Notes under the pieces: generated by a model
Told to the model about the DNA's origin: nothing
What the model saw: only the letters and a program-made list of their open reading frames with translations
Database searches by the model: none
Translations under genes and position numbers: made by a program
Shown here: in pieces, positions 13,945-24,047 of the stretch
How positions within the stretch are numbered: position 1 is the stretch's first letter
Layout: each line of letters begins with the position of its first letter
NCBI GenBank assembly: GCA_025201805.1
Contig: MU619320.1
Location: forward strand, 1 to 40,757
Origin: Parasitella parasitica NRRL 2501
Taxonomy: Eukaryota; Fungi; Mucoromycota
Length of the DNA stretch: 40,757 bases
Reading direction: 5' to 3'

Positions 13945-15389
13945 ATGTCTGACCAAGGTAATGTTTTTGCTGAATGAAATAAATAATTATTTTGACAATA
14001 ATCGTGTAAAAAAAAAAAAAAACATCCCAAAATAAAAAGGTTCAACGTATGCTATCTTGCAAAGTGTGCCATTGATGGTGTCTCCCCTTTACAAACTTCC
14101 AAAGAAGGTAAACAGCACAATTCTCATGCATTACAGTAATTTTATACTGAGTCAATGTATAGATATTAGTAGCTTCAGAATTGAAAATGGTTCCTGATGA
14201 TATTACGAAATTGGTAAATGAAATCTCACCAAGGTCATTTTTTTTCTTGAATATACTGCTTATTATTGTACACATAGCCCTCTTACCCGTTCGCCGTAGA
14301 AAGAGAAGTTATAACGCAAGTTGAAGCAGCTAGAAAAAAGACTTTTGAAGCAGAAGAGGCCTTTAGGCATCAAAAAATGCAATACGAGCAGGACAAGTTG
14401 AACAAACAAAAGGCTGCTGCTAGAAGGATAGCACCAGGATTTTTAGATACGGAAACTCGCATGCTACAGCCTCAACCAACTTATGTTTACGAGCAACCTA
14501 CCGCGGGCAATAGTGAAGAGAGTGTTCATGGTGAAGATAGCCTCAGTGAGTCGACTTCACCGAAAATATTACAGCCTGGATTGAATGGTAATGACACAAA
14601 GATAGTGGTGCCTTTGGAAATTGGACCTGAAAAGCATTTTGATTATTTGAAGTTCGAGCAAGGATTGGCTCCAGCAGATCCTTGGGATGCTCCAGAAAAC
14701 GATATGGTCGCATTGAGATCTATTCTCGGTAGTCCAAAGTTGAATTACGAGCAAAGACGTACTTCCACGCCTCCCGCTTATCCGCCTCAGCAATACCAGC
14801 AGCCTCAGCCTCAACATCAACCGCTACCACAGCAGCAGCAGCAGCAGCAGCAGCATTCTAGACATTATCAAAAGAATGAAGGAGGTAGGAAATATTATGT
14901 TGTGTAATCTGCATTTTCTTAATGTTTTGCATAGCTTATTGGAATTTCCAGACCAACAACAGCAATGCCAACAGTTCAAACGGTGCGGCAGGCAAGTATC
15001 ATCAGCCTCAAACGCATCATGGACGCCAAATACAACAACACTCACATTCAGTCCCTGCTTTACCGCCCAAATTATTCCCAAACCCACCTCTGCCAACATC
15101 CTCCACTTCGTCGCCCATTGTTTCTCCGCCTACACTTCCCCCACCCAGCGATTACCATGCCAACAATATTCCTACTGCCACTACTCCTCCACCTTTACCT
15201 CCCTTACCACCATCATCACAACAGCAGCAGCAGCAGCAGCAGCAGCAAAAACAACAACAACAGCCAAATGAAGATTTGATTAATGAGCTAGGTAATATGG
15301 GATTTTCGAGAGGTCAAGCCATCGATGCATTGGAAAAGAATGATCACGATTTGATCAAAGCGACCAATTTCCTTTTGGATCAAGCTTAA
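13945..15389 (+). CDS. UBAP1-like protein (N-terminal UMA-like domain, Pro/Gln-rich linker, C-terminal UBA)
   Basis: Exons 13945-13957, 14040-14107, 14163-14213, 14278-14884, 14935-15389 give MSDQGSTYAILQSVPLMVSPLYKLPKKILV...PSYPFAVEREVI and a UBA domain LINELGNMGFSRGQAIDALEKNDHDLIKATNFLL. Confidence 0.75.
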
Positions 15390-15498
15390 TAAATTGTATT
15401 TATGAAAATAAACAGGCTGATTTATAGTAATGTATGTACGATGTGGTGGTGTTTTCTCTATATGCTCTTTCGTGTTGTTGTTGTTGTTGTTGTTGTTT

Positions 15499-16369
15499 TC
15501 AACTTCCCCACCATGAAAGAAGACCTAAACCATCTTCCTGAATTGAACACTATGGGAGAAAATGGATGAGCATAATACCATGGTTTTGATGTAGACATTT
15601 GTACTCACGGTAAGCGAATAGGGTGGTATTTTGGTGGAATTGCCAGCAAGATCGTCTGTTGCGGACACATCAGCTACTGATTGTCGTCTACGGGGTAGTG
15701 CAACTGAATACGGATGGTTTGTAGGTGTTGTGTCTGTAAATTGTTCACGTAATACTTTGAATCGAATTGGTTCTTCAATATCCATGTACATTTTTTCTCC
15801 TTCATAGTTCCAGACCCAAACTTGCTCTGCCGGATCACTATTTAATGGTTGATTAGAGTCATGATTTTTGACACTTTCTTACGGGTTGTGTCATTTTACA
15901 ATTTAGATCCAGGTTGCAGAGCTCCTCCAGGAATCAGTATGTCTTCGAAGAACCCCATTGTAACTATTAAAACCTACTGTCAGCCAATCCATAGCCATCG
16001 TTGACGTAAAGTCTATTGTACCTTCAACGCCATTTGGTGAGCAGCTTTTGATCTTTCCTGTCAAAATCTCTCCAGCAAAAGGTCTAAATACAACTATGCG
16101 GAAGGTAACTAAGAATGATGTTTAGTGCCTACGCCGGTAACTAGCTCGCCAATGACAATACCTTTGATATAACTGCAGCCATCACCATACAAAATGAAGC
16201 CTTCTGATGTGTGCAATACATCATGAATACAAATACAAAGGCCTACTTCTTGCACTACTTTGTTGGCATATTTTTCGTTCAAAACATCTGTAATCGCACT
16301 ATTATCTCCCTTTTTGAAGTCATTAGGCACAATCTTTACTGTATCCTCGAGCTCTGAAAGAATGAACAT
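15499..16369 (-). CDS. RPC25: RNA polymerase III subunit RPC25/RPC8, multi-exon
   Basis: [69 protein letters not shown]; C-terminus [16 protein letters not shown]. Confidence 0.95.
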
Positions 16370-16862
16370 TCTATAAATAAAGGTATATCAAAACAACAAG
16401 AAGAAATATTTGTAGATTTGGGAGGGGGAAAAAAAAGTTTTGTGACTGAAGCAGTGGTTATTGTTGTATGTTTTTGAGCTTCCAAGATCATTTACGTTGT
16501 GCGGATACAGCCTTTATTATGGGCTCTTCTTGATAGATATCTCGGGAAACACAAAAAGAGACTTACTGGCTATGCTACAAAAGCGGAAGAACTTGCCATT
16601 CAGTGAGAGTCAAAGTGCATTTGTTGCTATAGGGATACGGGCAAAGTTGCTTTTTTATGTCTGCAGTGGTGAAAAGAACGAAGGCTTCAGACACATCAAC
16701 CGTGCGAAACTATCTTTACAAACCACTATAGTGCCTGTACAATCACAACTAAACTTTTACATTAAAACTATTTCAAGAATTTTACTTGATCATGGACAAC
16801 ACCCCCATTCACAAAATTTCCAGATGTGCGCCAATGCTAAATGAAAATAGTATATCCAGAGT

Positions 16863-17906
16863 TCAATAAACTATCTGATTGAACCCTGCAGACATGGCCT
16901 GGATCCCCCATTGTGCGTTTTTGTAGCCTTCATTGTTTCTTTTCTGCATCTCATCAGCTTCATCTTTTACATGTTTCTTCATTATTTTTGTAAAAAGCCA
17001 TGAAACTATGGCCATTCCCACAGTCGCCAATGTAAAGAAAATGTAGCCAAAGTTTTGCGCCTTGCTAATATCAGTATTTGTCGAGGCAATTATGGCTTTT
17101 ATAATAAAGCCGACAATCAGCATTATGCCCCAACATGCTGTTAGTATCCTCAAGTCATTCCTAATCTTTGCCATGTGCGTATAGACCCAGTTCAGTGTCT
17201 TTGATTTATCTCCTTGTTGTGGGTGCTGCTGCTGCTGCTGCTGTAACCTTTGTTCATCCTGCGCCTCCAATTCTTCATTTGCAGGAGGTCTAGGCATAAG
17301 TTGATTTGTGATCTGGAATATTAACGGCCTTAATTCAAAGGAACCAAATTTGATTGGGAATAGCGACAAAATACAAAATACGCCTACTAACAAAGGTGCG
17401 ATGGACTCGCAGATTGATGAAACCTCGGGTGATGGTTGTGCGATGGACTTGATTGTACATTCATTTAGTATTCTATGTGAATATTGCAGTCCGATTATCC
17501 CGCATACTTACTATAATTCCTGTAATCAAGAAACTGAGGCCTGCCACAAACCCCAAAATGTCCAGCGTCCTTGATTTGATCATTCGTCTAATAGCACTCA
17601 ATGTTGGAAATCACAATTCAACAGAGTACAATGTACTTACGATACCACAATCACTAGAGGAGGACAAGAGGCAATGATCATAGCGACCACTTGTCCTAGG
17701 CGGGGCTTCAGTAGCTGATACAAGAGTATAGGCAATCCGATACTCCAAAGGATGGCCATGATAATGTTAGTTATCGGTCGCCCTTGAAAGAATTTGAACG
17801 TAAATATATCTTGTAGACTTCCCAAATCCATCGGCAAGTCTTCATTTTGCTTATTTAATTTATATTGCTGATTTGGATGTCCTTCTTCTTCTCTCACTTG
17901 TGACAT
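16863..17906 (-). CDS. Polytopic membrane protein resembling the VC0807 family, 3 exons
   Basis: Spliced product ILWSIGLPILLYQLL...MIIASCPPLVIVV..RMIKSRTLDILGFVAGLSFLITGII SIAQP...CESIAPLLVGVFCILSL...RPLIFQ...LRILTACWGI, matching the recalled VC0807 pattern; ~6 hydrophobic segments. Confidence 0.65.
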
Positions 17907-18482
17907 TTTATCATCATAAGAAAGAAAACAAATTGCATTTCTGTGAATTCAACAGAGAGTTTCAGAGTTTCAAAGTTTCAGAGTTCAAGGACACTTCATG
18001 ACGTAAAACTGAGTTACACGGCCGGATAATCAGCTTTGCCTTCCAAAAGTATGCAAAGATTACTCACGAAAGTACAATGCAAAGTTGCAATTACACAATC
18101 GCACTTATATAGTTGTAAAATTTGCTGTTTTACGACGCTGTTCAAAAGATATTAAACATGGCAAGCAAATCCAAAATGCCTGTCTTCGTTTATCGAAATT
18201 TACATAATAATCGTTTCATTAGGTTGGATCAAGCACTGAGAAAAGATTCAATGTTCAATCGATTAAAGTTGCGAAAATAAGATCATTGGCGAATAACCTG
18301 AACCAATTTTCGTCACCACTGGTAGAAACTTCTATGGCTATATTCATTGAACACCAGTGTTCTTCCTAGAGGTATCCAGCAGGTCCGGGCCGCACGCTAT
18401 CCGACCTCATCTAGTAATGATTTCACAAGATGCAGTGGAAGCAGTAGTTCTATCCTCTTTCAGCAAGGTATAAATTCATTCA

Positions 18483-18916
18483 ATGGTAAGGAAACACGAG
18501 AGACTGAGTAATTAGCATCGATACACACAAACGGATGATTAGATGGATGAGATGATTGAGCCGACCTTTTTTTTTTTTTTATTGTAGCCCAAGCAGGTTC
18601 TGGACATCAAGAACTTCCTCGAAATCACTCGTAGAAAGGACGCAAGCTGTAAGAGCTAAACACTATACACACATTGCAATGTAATATTGACTTGTACATT
18701 CACGCAGCTGCTCGTGTCAAGAAGAACGGTGAGCAATACAAGTTCAAGGTCAGATGTTCTCGTTACTTGTACACTCTCGTTGTCAACGATCGTCAAAAGG
18801 CTTTAAAGCTCAAGCAATCTCTTCCTCCTGGTACGTGTATTTCAATTTAGTTTTGCTGGGTTGCTTTATTGATATTTTTGTAATGTGCCTTAGCTCTCAG
18901 TGTCCAAGAACTCTAA
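18483..18916 (+). CDS. RPL38: 60S ribosomal protein L38, 4 exons (absent from ORF track)
   Basis: ATG-only first coding exon 18483-18485, then [68 protein letters not shown]. Confidence 0.96.
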
Positions 18917-19174
18917 GTTGCTTGAATCTTTTCATCTTGTTCACTCGTTTCAACCCTTTTCTTTTTCACAATAAAAGGCTTTGAATCGACATTATCTGGA
19001 TTTTATATGCTTTGGATTAAGGAAGAGCTCACTGATGACATTCTACACCATGATTCATGCATTCTTGAGTGTCTGTTTGACGGTAGCCACCCAGTCACTT
19101 TTTTTTTTTTTCTTTTTTTTTTTCTATGTGTATAAACGTTCTTTAATCAATCACTTTCACATCCATTTCTTCAT

Positions 19175-19571
19175 ATGTCAGATATACAAAGAATAGTTCT
19201 AAGCAAGAGAGTAGGATGGCATTTGGGTTTGATTTAGCACTGAGATTTGACGTGAGTTTATAGATAAATGAATCCAAAGTGCTCAACGCCGAGCTGTCTC
19301 ACTTAAAACCTACCACCGTAAGTAAGATCTGTGTTTGTGATATGGGAAATACCAGAATTTCTGCTAGGCTCTGTATGAACGCCAAGTACCCTCATCAAAT
19401 ATCTTTTTCCTGGCCAAAGACAATGAGGCTGTGAAGTCCAAGAGTTTAAGTAAATGCGTTATTATTGAGTGAGGATTATCACTGACTGAATTTTTGATTC
19501 AAGCTTTTCAGAAAGAACTAGAAAAGCAAATGTCGCTTTTTCAAGTGCCAAATTCAGAAAATTCGAAATAA
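19175..19571 (+). CDS. ASDURF: ASDURF-like (ASNSD1 uORF protein) beta-prefoldin-like microprotein, 79 aa, 4 exons
   Basis: Exons 19175-19210, 19264-19317, 19368-19449, 19504-19571 (240 nt, GT..AG introns) give MSDIQRIVLSKRINESKVLNAELSHLKPTTALYERQVPSSNIFFLAKDNEAVKSKSLTFQKELEKQMSLFQVPNSENSK*. The ELSxLK...Y...SNIFFLA pattern matches human ASDURF as recalled. Confidence 0.8.
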
Positions 19572-19631
19572 AACCCCACCTACGCAGTTTACCTTTGTAT
19601 TTGAATCTGTTTCTTACAATTTCCTGTTTTC

Positions 19632-20578
19632 ATGGCATCATTACCAGACCCTCTTGCCACTGCTAGTGGGCCAATTTCTGCTTACATGAGCGGCCACAGC
19701 AGCAAGTATTCTCCCGGCGTAGGGTAATTTTATGATGTATTCATCTTTTACAATAGGCGCCAACCTGGCTTATGTCAAATACTTTGCAAAGAAACAAGAC
19801 GCTGTTAGTGCCACCTTCAAGAGCCTCAATTCGCAAGGTTTCCTCGTCGCTTACAAAAAGGCAGATGGCTCTGAACATGAAGCTTTTATAGAATACAACA
19901 CCCCAATTTCGAGGCGCGAAGATGTAAGACCTGTGTTGGAAGCCATGGCAAAGGAAGCAGAGGCAGCACTGGGCATGGTATGTTATTCACGTCGTATTCA
20001 AGTCGGACGACTCATTTGATTAAATGACCATGTTCTAGCCAAGTTCACTTGATGGGCCTCCCCCCTTTCATGCATTAATGAAAGCTGCCGAAATTGAAGA
20101 GGCTCAAAAAGCCGAAATGAATAACCTACAGGAGGACAAAGACGCTGAAGCATCTGCAGCTATTGCTTCGGCTGCCATTGGAGATATTTTTGCGTCAAAT
20201 TCAGCACCGTCAGTCCCATTAGATGTATTTTATCCAGCAGATAGATTTTGGCAAACTGCTATTGCTGTCGGATTAGGCGTCAACGCTTTATTGGGCTACG
20301 CTTCTGACGAGTTTCTTTCTAGGCTTTTCCCATCATTTGTTGCATCATTTCGAAATTACTTAACGCCTCAGTTGATCCAATCTATATTCAATTGGGCAGC
20401 TGCTGTACATGCAGTTGAAGGACTCGTTGCCTTGGGTATTTGTTTAAAAAGAGGATGGTACAGCCCTGTAAATATCCTTAAATGGACAGTGAGCACTACA
20501 TTGTACGGAGGAGCGTCCATGATAAAATTACTCGGCCATGGAAACAAGGTAAAACGGGCGCGTACGAAGACGGATTGA
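19632..20578 (+). CDS. DUF2470-like N-terminal domain + TMEM254-like membrane domain protein, 3 exons
   Basis: MASLPDPLATASGPISAYMSGHS/SANLAYVKYFAK...REDVRPVLEAMAKEAEAALG (DUF2470-like); C-terminal VHAVEGLVALGICLKRG...KWTVSTTLYGGASM (TMEM254-like). First intron 19702-19756 is GC-AG. Confidence 0.75.
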
Positions 20579-21628
20579 ATAATAAAACGTGGAAGGACCT
20601 TTTTCTTTAAAAAAAAATTACTGTTTTGAAATGACAATCTTTTGTCAAAGTTCACTGGAAAATCTTTGATCTAAATGCTCATGTTTAGGCTCATCAGAAC
20701 TAACGAGAACCAAAATGAATTTGGCTATTTGCATCGGATATGTTGGATGAAAGGATCTGAAAGATATGTGTGTGCACAAATATACGAGACATTGTCAGTG
20801 ATATGCGACAACTGTATTCCATTTCGCTTTGAGTGATAAACTTGTCGTTAACAAAGTACCAGCCTTGAGCTCGATGAATTTTGCGCCTCACACATTAGCA
20901 GAGGAAGTTGCGATGCATGCATATTGACCAAATCTAAATATCCAATGAGAGTAACGGTGGCAAAGTGTCTGTGTGAGCGGCCAGCTAGACTTTACCCAAA
21001 AAAGCTCGCCATTTTCGTATCTTGAATCAATGACATTAAATGTGAGTTGGGCAAGATTACTCCTTATGCATATCTCAAAACTTATTTAACTAATGTCATA
21101 TAAGTTCTTTAAAAAAACCAAATTGAAAGGCAAAATTCTGTAAACCTTATAATCCTCTTTTGATTAATGATTAATTAATGCGCTTTTTTTTTTGTCTTTC
21201 GTTCAATGCTAACTAACGCATTCTTAAACGCGCTCTCTGCGTTGCTTTTTGTAGGAAAGTTGTAATATTCATAAAAATCTTTTGAGTTAAAGTTGTTGCA
21301 GTTCTGAATAATAAACTGACGGCATATCAAGCATTTATTTTCGCTTTTGGGCATTTTTGAGACTAGAACAATCAAGGATAAATAATAATAAAAAGCAACA
21401 AAGTAAAAGGATGAAATCAAAACGGACGTTTTTGAGAATGTGCAAGTTCGACTTTTGAACCTGATGTCACCACTCATCAAAATCGGCTTGATTACTCACA
21501 CCACCCTAGTTCATCTTTTTTCTCTATGATCATATAGAACTGAATGTCCAATGTGGCACTATATCTAGGTTTTTACGTAGTCATGGCAGTGTTCAGTTTT
21601 CTTTACTACATTGTCATGGAAAGATGAG

Positions 21629-22339
21629 CGTATTTTCGCTGGCTATAATCCTCATTGGAGCGCCATCTCTGATGTAGGTTGTCAACATCTTTCTATNNNN
21701 NNNNNNNNNNNNNNNNNNNNNNNNNNNNNNNNNNNNNNNNNNNNNNNNNNNNNNNNNNNNNNNNNNNNNNNNNNNNNNNNNNNNNNNNNNNNNNNNNNNN
21801 NNNNNNNNNNNNNNNNNNNNNNNNNNNNNNNNNNNNNNNNNNNNNNNNNNNNNNNNNNNNNNNNNNNNNNNNNNNNNNNNNNNNNNNNNNNNNNNNNNNN
21901 NNNNNNNNNNNNNNNNNNNNNNNNNNNNNNNNNNNNNNNNNNNNNNNNNNNNNNNNNNNNNNNNNNNNNNNNNNNNNNNNNNNNNNNNNNNNNNNNNNNN
22001 NNNNNNNNNNNNNNNNNNNNNNNNNNNNNNNNNNNNNNNNNNNNNNNNNNNNNNNNNNNNNNNNNNNNNNNNNNNNNNNNNNNNNNNNNNNNNNNNNNNN
22101 NNNNNNNNNNNNNNNNNNNNNNNNNNNNNNNNNNNNNNNNNNNNNNNNNNNNNNNNNNNNNNNNNNNNNNNNNNNNNNNNNNNNNNNNNNNNNNNNNNNN
22201 NNNNNNNNNNNNNNNNNNNNNNNNNNNNNNNNNNNNNNNNNNNNNNNNNNNNNNNNNNNNNNNNNNNNNNNCGTATTTTCGCTGGCTATAATCCTCATTG
22301 AAGCGCCATCTCTGATGTAGGTTGTCAACATCTTTCTAT
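21629..22339. repeat. 68-bp direct duplication flanking a 575-N scaffold gap
   Basis: 21629-21696 and 22272-22339 are identical except one base (ttggag vs ttgaag). Confidence 0.9.
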
Positions 22340-22910
22340 AGGCTGAGGGTCTCTTAGTTTGGCACTAGGCCACCCAAAGCAGCTATCAGTCAAACCTATT
22401 AAATATGGCGTTTCGGAAAAAATAAAACAAGACATTTTTTCCTTATAAAATTAATAAGAATAATCTTGATAATCTGAATGAATACATATAAACAACCTCA
22501 AAGTATTTAAATCTTGTTTTTTCATTTATTGTATCTGTTCATAACTTTACAGGGAATATGATATGATTATTCGGTAGCTATCTTTTATTCCTCATGGCAC
22601 ACTGCTGGTACCTGGAGTTAGAGTGACCAATAGAATTGCTAAACCTACAACTGGCGAAACCCAGCATTTTGGTTACTGAAATAAATCAAATTCGCAAAAC
22701 GAAGCACGATTCTACAAGCTATTTATGGTAGTCTTTTCAAAGGGATACCCTTATAAATAGCACAGATTGATTTTCGAGAATTAAACTTTGTCTTTTTCAT
22801 CTTTTTATCATTTCTTATTATCCTAATTGATCAAGGTATAAAAAAGTGAAAAGAGTGAATCAAGCAGTGGCACCAATGTCATTAAGCCCAACAAATCGAT
22901 TTTAGAATTT

Positions 22911-23685
22911 ATGTCACGAACATTACCATCCTTAAACAATAGTGATTTTGTAGAATTCATTGATAGCAGCAGCAATTCTTTTCAAAGTAGTGCACAGGGT
23001 ACTACAGCTGTCAATAGCCTCCAAGCAAATGTTCCTGAGCCAAGAACAGAAAATGATACGCTTCAATTGGAGGCAAACACTGCAAGTTTTTTACATATCT
23101 ATTATTGTGAAAACCCATCATTAAAAACACTTGTTTACAGGCTTTCAACCCTTTTCAAGCTAGTCAAGACCCTACTACGAGTGATGAGCATCATACCAGG
23201 CAGAAGGGATCAGATTTAAACCATATCATTGACATGGTTGAAAATGACTTCGAACAGTATAATTTTTTTAACTGCGAAATATCTGATTACTAAGTATCAA
23301 GTACCAATTGATATCAATATGATTATGCTATAAGTATTCATATTGACATCTTCTATAGTATTGGGTACGTGATCTTATATAACCTTTCTACGAGCTTCCG
23401 GCATCATCCGTAGTTATCGACCTATTCAAGCTTCGGCTATGGTTGAGCCCACTATAACCTAGTTTTCATAAAAGATACATGACTCTTCCGTCAATGGACG
23501 TTGACCTCAGCTACGCTGGCAGGCGAGAATTCTGTCAGAAATGCCAGAGATGGTATAGCTGGGGCAGATGTTCCCATAGTATCCGTAGGATGCCTGGGGT
23601 TTTGAGATCAGAGTTTGAACTTCTCCACCAATGTAATGTTTTAGATACTTGCGAGGATAAAAAGACAATGAGAATGATTTACTGA
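22911..23685 (+). pseudogene. Decayed spliced gene of unknown family
   Basis: Exon-like segments bounded by splice-like signals. The last segment YWVRDLI*PFYELP...LSPL*PSFHKRYMTLP...EFCQKCQRWYSWGRCSH has in-frame stops. Confidence 0.4.
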
Positions 23686-24047
23686 ATAAGGTATTGGGAT
23701 ATTTATACGTTTTGATATTCATGAGTTAAGTTATATTATTGTACTAAAATATAAGCTTAATAAGTATAAGGTAAAGTGTCTTGACAATACTTTGCCAAGT
23801 AGATACACTTTACAGTATTTGAATAAGATTTGGACGTCTACTTTGATTTAGAGTACCAAGTGCATATTTATTTATGTAATCGGACCATTACAGATTTCTC
23901 TTAATTTTCATTTAAAAGCAGCCCATTAGGTAATTACCAAAGGCTTTTTCCTTTTTTTTTCCATTCTGCAACGCGAAAAGGCCAACCAAACAGGTAAGAT
24001 AAATCTGATAAAACGCATATACGAATTCTGATCAGACATATTTTAGC

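Noticed and set aside
14784-15265. CAG/CAA tandem repeats
   Set aside because: Ordinary poly-Gln coding microsatellites in the UBA protein; not CRISPR-like.
16461-16844. 127-aa ORF between RPC25 and the membrane protein
   Set aside because: Non-ATG start and no recognisable motif; likely promoter/UTR sequence.
18486-19100. Possible C/D snoRNA in the RPL38 intron or downstream (TGATGA at ~19033)
   Set aside because: No properly placed D box (CTGA) or terminal stem found.
20690-20990. Frame reading NEFGYLHRICWMKG...; possible transposase C-terminal remnant
   Set aside because: Resemblance too vague to support without a search.
21611-22339. Long X-filled ORFs and an apparent 68-bp direct repeat/LTR around the N gap
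   Set aside because: The ORFs are artefacts of Ns. The near-identical flanks abut the gap exactly, so they most likely reflect an unmerged contig overlap rather than a biological repeat.
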